A stretch of 64,000 nucleotides of DNA, taken from NCBI GenBank assembly GCA_050946275.1, contig JBMNUM010000003.1:17170-81169 (forward strand), written 5' to 3'. This DNA comes from Coriobacteriales bacterium. Lineage in GTDB: Bacteria > Actinomycetota > Coriobacteriia > Coriobacteriales > CADBOM01. The position numbers and the translations under genes are program-made. The notes beneath the pieces were generated by a model that was not told where the DNA came from, ran no database searches, and saw nothing but the letters and a program-made list of their open reading frames with translations. This document shows positions 44,775 to 52,664 of the stretch, in pieces (within the stretch, counting starts at the first letter, position 1; every line of letters begins with the position of its first letter).

Positions 44775-46373
44775 ATGGCGAAGTCGATCATGATCCAGGG
44801 AACCACCTCCAACGCGGGCAAGAGCCTACTCGTCACGGCTTTGTGCCGCATCCTCGCGCAAGACGGCTACCGCGTCGCGCCCTTCAAGAGCCAGAACATG
44901 GCGCTCAACAGCTTCGTCACCAACGAAGGCCTCGAGATGGGCCGCGCGCAGGTCGCGCAGGCCGAGGCCGCCGGCGTCGAGCCATCCGTGCTCATGAACC
45001 CCATCCTGCTCAAGCCCACCGGCGACACGGGCAGCCAGGTCATCGTGCGCGGCGAGGTCGTCGGCGACATGGAGGCAGCCGCGTACTACGACTACAAGCA
45101 GACCCTGCGCCCCGTCATCCAGGAGTGCTACGACGAGCTCGACTCGCGCAGCGACATCGTCGTGCTCGAGGGTGCCGGCTCACCGGCAGAGATCAACCTC
45201 AAGGCCAACGACATCGTGAACATGGGCATGGCCAAGATGGCCTCCGCGCCCGTGCTGCTCGCCGGCGACATCGACCTTGGCGGCGTGTTCGCGAGCCTCT
45301 ACGGCACCATCGCGCTGCTCGATCCCGACGAGCGCCCGTATGTGAAGGGCACGCTCATCAACAAGTTCCGCGGAGACGTCTCGCTGCTCGAGCCCGGCCT
45401 CGTGCAGCTCGCCGCGCTCACGGGTGTGCCGACGCTCGGTGTCGTGCCCTGGCTCGACGTGGCCATCGATGCCGAGGATTCGCAATCGTCGGACATCCCC
45501 GTCTCGTCGATCCCGAACTCCGCGGTCGACATCGTCATCATCAAGCTCCCGCACATCTCGAACTTCACCGACTTCGCGCCGCTTGCGCACTACCCGCATG
45601 TGTCGCTTCGCTATGTGGAGTCGCCCTCGCAGGTCGGGCGCCCGCACATGATCGTCGTGCCCGGCACCAAGAACACCATGGCCGACCTCGCGTGGCTCAA
45701 AGAGCATGGCTTCGGCAATGTGCTGCGCGCCAGCTCCATGAGCGGCACGCTCGTCATGGGCATCTGCGGCGGCTATCAGATGCTCGGCGAGCGCATCGCC
45801 GACCCGCATGGCGTCGAGGGCGGCGGCGAGGTGCTCGGCCTGGGGCTCCTGCCCGTGCAGACCGTCTTCACCGGCGAGAAACGCCGCACGCGCGTCATCG
45901 GCCGCGTCGGCGACCTCGGCACGGACAGCCCGTTCGCGGGGCTCTCGGGCACGACGTTCTCCGGCTACGAGATCCACATGGGCGAGACGGAGCCGCTGCC
46001 GTGCGCCGCTTCCGGCAACGAGCCGGGCGCGGGCGCGTTCTCTCGCCTCGCGCTCGCGGGTGACGGCCTTGTCCCGCTCGGCAACGGCGGGGAGGGGAGC
46101 GCTGCGGCCACGGGCGCGGGCGCCGACGCCGCGCCCGATGGCTTCGTTCGAGGCAATGTGCTCGGCACCTATTGTCACGGCATCTTCGAGGACGGCACGT
46201 TCCCCGATGCCTTCGTGGAGTTCATGTCCGTCCGCGCGAACATCATGAAGCGTGGCTTTCCGAAGGAGACGTTCGCGGCGTTCAAGAACCGCCAATACGA
46301 CGAGCTCGCCGCTGCGGTCCGCGAGGCGCTCGACATGGACGCTGTCATGCGCGTCATCGAGCAGGGAGTGTAG
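44775..46373 (+). CDS. cbiP: cobyric acid synthase
   Basis: IMIQGTTSNAGKS, EGAGSPAEINL and a C-terminal GATase domain with ICGGYQMLG are typical of CobQ/CbiP. Confidence 0.92.
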   Translation: MAKSIMIQGTTSNAGKSLLVTALCRILAQDGYRVAPFKSQNMALNSFVTNEGLEMGRAQVAQAEAAGVEPSVLMNPILLKPTGDTGSQVIVRGEVVGDMEAAAYYDYKQTLRPVIQECYDELDSRSDIVVLEGAGSPAEINLKANDIVNMGMAKMASAPVLLAGDIDLGGVFASLYGTIALLDPDERPYVKGTLINKFRGDVSLLEPGLVQLAALTGVPTLGVVPWLDVAIDAEDSQSSDIPVSSIPNSAVDIVIIKLPHISNFTDFAPLAHYPHVSLRYVESPSQVGRPHMIVVPGTKNTMADLAWLKEHGFGNVLRASSMSGTLVMGICGGYQMLGERIADPHGVEGGGEVLGLGLLPVQTVFTGEKRRTRVIGRVGDLGTDSPFAGLSGTTFSGYEIHMGETEPLPCAASGNEPGAGAFSRLALAGDGLVPLGNGGEGSAAATGAGADAAPDGFVRGNVLGTYCHGIFEDGTFPDAFVEFMSVRANIMKRGFPKETFAAFKNRQYDELAAAVREALDMDAVMRVIEQGV

Positions 46374-46788
46374 CGGGCTGATGGCGTGACAGGTGAAGCC
46401 CGTTGACCTGCCCGCGTTCCGACCGTAAGCACTCTTAACGAGATGTCGTTATCAATTGTTCTTCGAATGTCAAGGGCAGTGCTTGCATCTGGCAATTTCA
46501 TCATTTTCGTACTTTATTTCACTACTTTTTAGCATGCTTTTTACGTAAAATCGCAGTCTAACGCACTACATATTTCACTAATCAAAAACAAACAAAATAG
46601 GCATAAGTAAAACAACATACAAAAGAACATATTTATTACTGGCTATTTAAAGCAAATTATGGATTATTTGTGAATTTTTGAAAAAGGCGTACTGACGCTT
46701 GCAGAACGCGGGCCGTTCCAACGTACGTCTTGGCTATGGTTTGAAATTGCAGACGCATGTGCGAACGCGTATGAGTCAGGCATTTAAC

Positions 46789-46878
46789 GGAGAGGGATTT
46801 GGAAGAAAGGGAGGTTCGCTATCGGAAAGTTGACTTGCGTGTTCTAGGTAAGTGTTCCTTGCAGGAATGGAGGTAGAA
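46789..46878 (+). promoter_or_regulatory. conserved 5' leader of MFS cassette 2
   Basis: Near-identical to 35285-35346. Its SD-proximal hairpin TTCC/GGAA (46855-46867) replaces ATCC/GGAT of copy 1, so the change is compensatory. Confidence 0.55.
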
Positions 46879-48168
46879 ATGACTACAGAAGTCACTGGCT
46901 CTGGAGTCCAAGTCCCGAAGATGGGCAAGGGCGCATGGGTAATCGCGATCACCGTGTGGATCATCGGTATCGTGCTCGCCATCGCCCAGTACAAGGCCAT
47001 GGCGACGACGACGTTCATCGCCGAGGACATGGGCCTGACGGCCACCCAGGCTGGTTGGATTTCCGGTATCTTCACGTTCACCGGCATCATCCTGGCCTTC
47101 CCTGCCGCAGGTATTCTCAAGAAGCTCGGTCCGAAGATGGCCCTGATCCTCTCCACCGGCTTCGCGGTCGTCGGCGGCATCGTCGGCTTCTTCGCTCCCG
47201 GCTTCGCTCCGATGATCGCCTCCCGTATCGTCGAGGGTGTCGGCCTCGGCCTCGTCGGCGTTGTCGGCCCGGCCACCATCGCGATGTGGTTCCCGATCGA
47301 GAAGCGCGGTCTTCCGATGGGCATCTGGTCGAACTGGCAGACGGTCGGTATCTCGATCTGCTTCTTCACCTCGGTCCCGATGACCATGTCGATGGGCTGG
47401 CGCTCGCTGTGGATCATGGGCGTCATCTGCTGCGCCGTTGGTCTGATTCTGGCCGCGATTATCGTTAAGGCTCCGCCCAAGGAGTACAACCATGCCGACG
47501 TCCAGGACGACGATGCCAAGCTCTTCAAGGTCTTCGGCATGCGCGACGTCTGGCTGGTCGCCCTGGCCGGTCTGGCGTTCGGTCTCTCGAACTCCGTCGT
47601 CATCCAGTGGGTTGCCCCGTACTGGATCAACAACACCGGCATGGATCCCGGACTTGCCGCCAACATGACCGGCATCCTGTTCACCATCGAGAGTGTCTTC
47701 ACCATCGTCTGGGGTGTCGTGTTCAACAAGATGAAGTCCCGCAAGAAGGGCATCGTTACCTTCTCCGGCCTCTATGCCGTTAGCTTCATCTTCATCTTCT
47801 CCACGAGCACGGTTTCTCTTGCCTGGGCTTCGATGTTCTTCTATGCCATCGTCGAGGCGTTCTTCATCATGGCGATGTGGACGCTCGTCGGCCAGACCAC
47901 TCCCGACCCGCGCGTTGCGGCTGGCGCGATGGCCGTCTACACGATCGTGGTTGACCTCGGCATGTGGCTCGGCCCGATCTTCTCCGGCATGATCCTCGAC
48001 CACGCTGCTATCGCGGCTGGTATCGATCCCACCGGTGGTGCAGGTGCTGCCGTGCCCGGCGCGTTCCTCGGCTGCATGGCCTTCTCCGTGACCTTCCAGG
48101 TCATCGCGACGATTGCCTGGGCGGCTCTGAGGCTGTACGACGAGCAGGGCAATAGGGTCAAGATGTAG
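46879..48168 (+). CDS. MFS transporter (paralogue 2), substrate unknown
   Basis: Collinear with 35372-36664 and shares the same N-terminus MTTEV and C-terminus RLY(N/D)EQG(E/N)RVKM. Confidence 0.85.
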   Translation: MTTEVTGSGVQVPKMGKGAWVIAITVWIIGIVLAIAQYKAMATTTFIAEDMGLTATQAGWISGIFTFTGIILAFPAAGILKKLGPKMALILSTGFAVVGGIVGFFAPGFAPMIASRIVEGVGLGLVGVVGPATIAMWFPIEKRGLPMGIWSNWQTVGISICFFTSVPMTMSMGWRSLWIMGVICCAVGLILAAIIVKAPPKEYNHADVQDDDAKLFKVFGMRDVWLVALAGLAFGLSNSVVIQWVAPYWINNTGMDPGLAANMTGILFTIESVFTIVWGVVFNKMKSRKKGIVTFSGLYAVSFIFIFSTSTVSLAWASMFFYAIVEAFFIMAMWTLVGQTTPDPRVAAGAMAVYTIVVDLGMWLGPIFSGMILDHAAIAAGIDPTGGAGAAVPGAFLGCMAFSVTFQVIATIAWAALRLYDEQGNRVKM

Positions 48169-48238
48169 GACTGGCGTACGCCACGATCTTGAAAGCACGA
48201 GTGCTTGATTAGCTTCGAATAACTCGTGCGAACCCAAG

Positions 48239-48275
48239 GCTCCGGCTCCGCTTCGGCGGGGCCGGAGCTTTTCTC
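48239..48275 (+). terminator. Rho-independent terminator of MFS cassette 2
   Basis: gctccggctccgc-ttcg-gcggggccggagc is followed by ttttctc. Confidence 0.75.
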
Positions 48276-48293
48276 ATGCCCTCGCGCGCTCGG

Positions 48294-48299
48294 TATAAT
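48294..48299 (+). promoter_or_regulatory. putative -10 box (GGTATAAT) for cbiC
   Basis: A perfect TATAAT overlaps the first bases of the family B hairpin. Confidence 0.4.
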
Positions 48300-48330
48300 G
48301 AGTCGATAATGACAGCCATCATCGACTCAT
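48298..48330 (+). repeat. hairpin repeat family B, subtype a
   Basis: atgagtcgataatgacagccatcatcgactcat. The arms are the same as at 3401-3433. Confidence 0.85.
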
Positions 48331-48351
48331 TCGGGGAGGAGGGACGCGGAG

Positions 48352-48999
48352 ATGGCCGACGTGGAGCGGGTGCTTCCCGCCGACATCGAGCGGCGGAGCA
48401 TGGAGATCATCGACGCCGAGCTTGCCTCGCGCGGCATCGTGCTCGATGTGCGCAATGCGGCCGTCGTCAAGCGCGTCATCCACACCTCGGCGGACTTCGA
48501 CTACGCGGGTAACCTGCGCTTCTCGCCCGGTGCCGTCGATGCGGGCGTCACCGCGCTCAAGGCCGGCGCGACCATCCTCACCGACACGAACATGGCCCGC
48601 GCGGGCGTGAGCAAGCCGGCGCTCGCCAAGCTCGGTGGTGACGTCGTCTGCTACATGGCCGACGAGAACGTCGCCCGCACCGCCCGCGAGCAGGGCACAA
48701 CGCGCGCCGTCGCCTCCATGGAAAAGGCCGCCCGCACACTCGATGCGCCTGTCGTCGCCATCGGGAATGCGCCCACCGCGCTCATCCATCTCGTCGAGCT
48801 CATCGACGCCGGCGCCATCGCGCCGCGGCTCGTCATCGGCGTCCCCGTGGGGTTCGTGAACGTCGAGGCGAGCAAGGAGCTCATGATGGAGCGCGCCGAC
48901 GTACCGTGGATCGTCGCGCGCGGCCGCAAGGGCGGCTCGAACATAGCGGCCGCCATCTGCAACGCGCTGCTCTACGAGGCCACGGGCCGCCAGTTGTGA
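48352..48999 (+). CDS. cbiC: cobalt-precorrin-8 methylmutase
   Basis: VIHTSADFDY, ILTDTNM, AIGNAPTAL, PVGFV and GGSNIAAA are hallmark CbiC/CobH blocks. Confidence 0.92.
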   Translation: MADVERVLPADIERRSMEIIDAELASRGIVLDVRNAAVVKRVIHTSADFDYAGNLRFSPGAVDAGVTALKAGATILTDTNMARAGVSKPALAKLGGDVVCYMADENVARTAREQGTTRAVASMEKAARTLDAPVVAIGNAPTALIHLVELIDAGAIAPRLVIGVPVGFVNVEASKELMMERADVPWIVARGRKGGSNIAAAICNALLYEATGRQL

Positions 49000-49004
49000 A
49001 AACG

Positions 49005-49058
49005 TGACAAACGCGTCAGACGTAGTTGTCACGACAATCACGTCTGACGTGTTTGTCA
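49005..49058. promoter_or_regulatory. 19 bp-arm inverted repeat between cbiC and btuC-like gene
   Basis: tgacaaacgcgtcagacgt ...16 nt... acgtctgacgtgtttgtca, with one mismatch and no U-tract. Confidence 0.5.
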
Positions 49059-49109
49059 GATTGCATGCGGTAGTATGGAACGGTCAGCCGATCAGGCGGG
49101 GAGAGGCCG

Positions 49110-50156
49110 ATGACCCCAGAGGTTCCAAGCGATATCAGGAGGCGCAAGCGCACGCGGTACACGGTCGCGTTCGTTGTGCTCGCCGTGCTGCTGCTCGTGT
49201 TCCTGGTGCTCAACATCTGCCTCGGCAGCGTGGGCGTGCCGCTCCCGGACGTGCTCGCGGCGCTCTCGGGCAGCTCGGCGGACGAGCTCTCCCGTGACAT
49301 CGTGCTCAACATGCGCTTCCCGCGCGCCGTCGCCGCCATCATCCTCGGCGGGGGCCTGTCGCTCGCCGGCTACCTGCTCCAGACGTTCTTTCACAACCCC
49401 ATCGCCGGCCCGTTCGTGCTCGGCATCTCGTCGGGCGCGAAGCTCATCGTCGCCATCGTGATGGTGGTCTTCCTCGGCGCGGGCATCCACATCGGCTCGG
49501 TTGTCATGATCCTCGCCGCGTTTGCGGGTGCGATGATGTCCATGGGCTTCGTGCTGCTCGTCTCCAAGCGCATCCCGGGCATGGCCATGCTCATCGTCGC
49601 CGGCATCATGATCGGTTACATCTGCTCGGCCATCACCGACTTCGTCATCACCTTCGCGGACGACTCCGACATCGTGAACCTACACAACTGGTCGCTCGGC
49701 AGCTTCTCGGGCATCACGTGGGGCAACGTCGGCGTGATGGCCGTCGTCATCCTCGCCGCCACGGTGTGCGTGTTCCTGCTGGCCAAGCCCATCTCGGCCT
49801 ATCAGCTTGGCGAGAACTACGCGGAGAGCCTCGGCGTTAACATCAAGCGCTTCCGCGCGCTGCTCGTGCTGCTGTCTAGCCTGCTCTCCGCCTGCGTGAC
49901 GGCGTTCGCCGGCCCCATCTCGTTCGTGGGTATCGCCGTGCCGCAGCTCGTGAAGAACATCTTCAAGACCTCCCGACCGCTGCTCATGGTCCCCGCGTGC
50001 TTCGTGGGCGGAGGCGTCTTCTGTCTGTTCTGCGACCTGCTCGCGCGCGTGGCCTTCGCGCCCACGGAGCTCTCCATCTCGACCGTGACGGCGATCTTCG
50101 GCGCACCCGTCGTGATCTGGGTGCTGTTGCGCCGCAAGAAGGGGAGGGTGGAGTAG
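49110..50156 (+). CDS. FecCD-family ABC permease (BtuC / iron-siderophore/cobalamin type)
   Basis: 348 aa with about 9-10 TM segments. It shows the FecCD signature region and a C-terminal GAPVVIWVLLRR. Confidence 0.9.
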   Translation: MTPEVPSDIRRRKRTRYTVAFVVLAVLLLVFLVLNICLGSVGVPLPDVLAALSGSSADELSRDIVLNMRFPRAVAAIILGGGLSLAGYLLQTFFHNPIAGPFVLGISSGAKLIVAIVMVVFLGAGIHIGSVVMILAAFAGAMMSMGFVLLVSKRIPGMAMLIVAGIMIGYICSAITDFVITFADDSDIVNLHNWSLGSFSGITWGNVGVMAVVILAATVCVFLLAKPISAYQLGENYAESLGVNIKRFRALLVLLSSLLSACVTAFAGPISFVGIAVPQLVKNIFKTSRPLLMVPACFVGGGVFCLFCDLLARVAFAPTELSISTVTAIFGAPVVIWVLLRRKKGRVE

Positions 50157-51014
50157 ATGTCCGAGCGCTTCCCGACACCCGGGCTGGAACGCTCCCCCGA
50201 GGACCGTTCCAATTGGAACGCTCCCCCGAGGAGCGTTCCAGAACCCTACTTCCGCACCGAGGGCCTGGCCGTGGGCTACGATGGCAAGCCGCTCATCTCC
50301 GGCATCGAGATGAACGTCGAGCGAGGCGAGATCCTCACGCTCATCGGACCCAACGGCGGCGGCAAGTCGACGATCCTGAAAAGCATCACCGGGCAGCTCG
50401 AGCCCATCGCCGGCACCGTGTTCCTCGGCGGGCGCGATATGCGGGCGATCGACCGCAAGGAGCTCGCGCGCGAGATGGCCGTCATGCTCACGGAGCGCAT
50501 CAGCCCCGAGCTCATGACGTGCGCGGATGTGGTCGGGATGGGTCGCTATCCCTACACGGGCAGCCTCGGCATCCTCGCGGAGGAGGATCACGCGATCGTG
50601 CTCGAATCGATGGAGGCCGTGCACATCGCCGACCTCGCGGAGCGCGACTTCACCGCCATCAGCGACGGCCAGCGCCAGCGTGTCATGCTTGCGCGCGCCA
50701 TCTGCCAGCAGCCCGAGCTCATGATCCTCGACGAGCCCACGTCGTATCTCGACATCCGCTACAAGCTCGAGCTGCTCGCGACGCTGCTCGACATGTCGCG
50801 CGACCGCGGCCTCACCGTCATCATGTCGCTGCACGAGATCGACCTCGCGCAGCATGTCTCCGACAAGGTCATGTGCGTCGCCGAGGGTCGCATCGACCGT
50901 TTCGGCACGCCCGACGAGGTGTTCACCCCGGGCTACATCGACCGCCTCTACGGTCTCACGGTCGGCTCTTACGACGAGGCGACCGGTCACGTCGAGCTCC
51001 CCATCCGGAGATGA
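50157..51014 (+). CDS. ABC ATPase of the FecE/BtuD type with a repeat-encoded N-terminal extension
   Basis: Walker A GPNGGGKST, the signature-like SDGQRQR and Walker B LMILDEPTSYLD are present. The ATG abuts the permease stop. Codons 10-28 are encoded by two family A palindromes. Confidence 0.88.
   Translation: MSERFPTPGLERSPEDRSNWNAPPRSVPEPYFRTEGLAVGYDGKPLISGIEMNVERGEILTLIGPNGGGKSTILKSITGQLEPIAGTVFLGGRDMRAIDRKELAREMAVMLTERISPELMTCADVVGMGRYPYTGSLGILAEEDHAIVLESMEAVHIADLAERDFTAISDGQRQRVMLARAICQQPELMILDEPTSYLDIRYKLELLATLLDMSRDRGLTVIMSLHEIDLAQHVSDKVMCVAEGRIDRFGTPDEVFTPGYIDRLYGLTVGSYDEATGHVELPIRR
50184..50241. repeat. two tandem REP-like family A palindromes inside the coding sequence
   Basis: ctggaacgctcccccgaggaccgttccaa plus ttggaacgctcccccgaggagcgttccag. 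Confidence 0.85.
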
Positions 51015-51021
51015 GCCGACC

Positions 51022-51128
51022 ATGTCAAATGCGTGTCAAATGGACAGGTCATTTGACACGCTGTCACGGAAGTCGCCCGGTCACTTGCGTGACAGTAGCC
51101 GTGTCAAGTGACCTGTCCATTTGACACG
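51022..51128. repeat. nested-palindrome repeat family C (complete copy)
   Basis: The arm cgtgtcaaatggacaggtcatttgacacg, the core ctgtcacg...cgtgacag, and the inverted arm cgtgtcaagtgacctgtccatttgacacg. Each arm is itself a hairpin (gtgtcaaat/atttgacac). Confidence 0.85.
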
Positions 51129-51159
51129 GGTCCGTTTGTCTACTCGTGGTACGATGGGT

Positions 51160-51330
51160 TCGCATACAGGTAATGGCTAGGCGGAGCCGCCTGCTCGCAG
51201 GCGGGGCCGGACCGGATGTCCGGCAAGGGGAATGCGGGTGAGAATCCCGCGCTATACCAGTAACCGTAAACGCCGGCGCTGCTGCGCATGGCAAAGTCGG
51301 AATGCCTTTCCGCTGAAACGAGACGCCCTG
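51160..51330 (+). ncRNA. cobalamin (B12) riboswitch
   Basis: CAAGGGGAAUGCGGGUGAGAAUCCCGC (51223-51250) matches the conserved AAGGGAA..GGUGAnAAUCC core. AAGUCGGAAUGCC (51294-51306) resembles the B12 box rAGYCMGgAgaCCkGC. It lies upstream of the cbiK-like operon. The boundaries are approximate. Confidence 0.6.
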
Positions 51331-51583
51331 GGAGATTGTATGGATCTGCAGAGAATCACATCGCCATAGCCTTGCCCATGCGGCCCGTGCCCAGCGCACT
51401 GTCGCCTGGAAGACTCGTCCTCCTGTCGATATGCGCGCTCCAGCGGTTGCGGGTTCGTCATGGAGTCATGTGGAGCGCGGCGTCCCGGCGGGCGTTGCGG
51501 TCGTCGGCGTTTGCCCGGGTGGGGACGCCGTCATCGAGTTGCCCGGATGCGAGGCGTGCGGGCGGAAAGGGAGTGGTTGTTCC

Positions 51584-52516
51584 ATGAAGAAGAAGTTCCT
51601 TGCAGTGCTGGTGGCGGCGCTTGCCGCGGCCCTGTGCGCGTTCGCGCTCGCCGGATGCGGTGGGGCGTCGGACGAGGCCGCTCCCGCCGACGACGCTGCC
51701 GACCAGGCCGCCGTGGCCCCGGCTGGCGATCAGGAGATCATCGTCGTGAGCTTCGGCACGAGCTATCCCGAGACCCGCGCCGCCACGATCGAGGCGGTCG
51801 AGAACTCCATCGCAGCCGCGTTCCCCGAGTGGAGCGTGCAGCGCGCCTTCACCGCGCAGACCATCATCGACAAGGTCGCCGAGAAGGAGGGCGTCGAGAT
51901 CATGAACTTCGAGCAGGCCGTCGATGCCGCCGCCGAGGCAGGCGTCACGAAGCTCGTCGTCCAGCCGACGCACCTCATGAACGGCTACGAGTACAACGAC
52001 GTCAAGGATGCCCTCGACAAGGCCGCGCCGCGCTTCGACCAGGTCGTGCTCGGCGATCCGCTGCTCGGCACCGACGCCGACCTCTCCGCCGTCGCCGAGG
52101 CCATGGTCGAGGCCACCAAGCAGTATGACGACGGCCAGACCGCCATCGTCTGGATGGGCCACGGCACCGAGGCCGACTCCAACGGCGTGTACGCCAAGAT
52201 GCAGGAGGTCATGACCGAGGCCGGCCACGACAACTACTACATCGGCACGGTCGAGGCCACCCCGACGATCGATGACATCCTGACCGCCATCGACGGCAAG
52301 GGCTACACGAAGGTCGTCCTGCGTCCGATGATGGTCGTCGCGGGCGACCACGCCACCAACGACATGGCCGACCCGGAGGATCCCGAGTCCTGGTACAGCC
52401 AGTTCAAGGCAGCCGGTTACGAGGTCGAGGCCGTGCTCGAGGGACTGGGCCAGATTCCGGCCATCCAGGACCTGTACGTCGCCCACGCCCAGGCCGCCAT
52501 CGACAGCCTCCAGTAG
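51584..52516 (+). CDS. cbiK: CbiK-type sirohydrochlorin cobaltochelatase homologue with lipoprotein signal peptide (exported)
   Basis: MKKKFLAVLVAALAAALCAFALAGC is a signal peptide with a lipobox. It is followed by an Ala/Asp/Pro linker and then the CbiK fold blocks (VVSFGTSY, VQPTHLMNGYEY, WMGHGTE, PMMVVAGDHA). Confidence 0.85.
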   Translation: MKKKFLAVLVAALAAALCAFALAGCGGASDEAAPADDAADQAAVAPAGDQEIIVVSFGTSYPETRAATIEAVENSIAAAFPEWSVQRAFTAQTIIDKVAEKEGVEIMNFEQAVDAAAEAGVTKLVVQPTHLMNGYEYNDVKDALDKAAPRFDQVVLGDPLLGTDADLSAVAEAMVEATKQYDDGQTAIVWMGHGTEADSNGVYAKMQEVMTEAGHDNYYIGTVEATPTIDDILTAIDGKGYTKVVLRPMMVVAGDHATNDMADPEDPESWYSQFKAAGYEVEAVLEGLGQIPAIQDLYVAHAQAAIDSLQ

Positions 52517-52576
52517 GCTACAATGTCAACTGCGGGCGGAATGCAACGTTCCGCCCGCAAACGACATGATGGTGAG

Positions 52577-52605
52577 ATGAGTCAGAGGGCTTTCCTCCGA
52601 CTCAT
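52577..52605. repeat. hairpin repeat family B, subtype b
   Basis: atgagtcagagggctttcctccgactcat. Confidence 0.8.
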
Positions 52606-52611
52606 TTTCAG

Positions 52612-52644
52612 GTGAGTCGATGACGGAGATCGTCATCGGCTCAT
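52612..52644. repeat. hairpin repeat family B, subtype a-like
   Basis: gtgagtcgatgacggagatcgtcatcggctcat has two mismatches between the arms. Confidence 0.7.
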
Positions 52645-52664
52645 CCCGCTGGCAAGGAGTGCTC

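Noticed and set aside
51431-51583. N-terminal extension of the cbiK ORF (MRAPAVAGSSW...)
   Set aside because: It lacks an SD. A good signal peptide with lipobox starts at MKKKF (51584), preceded by GGAAAGGGAG. The upstream part belongs to the riboswitch expression platform or leader.
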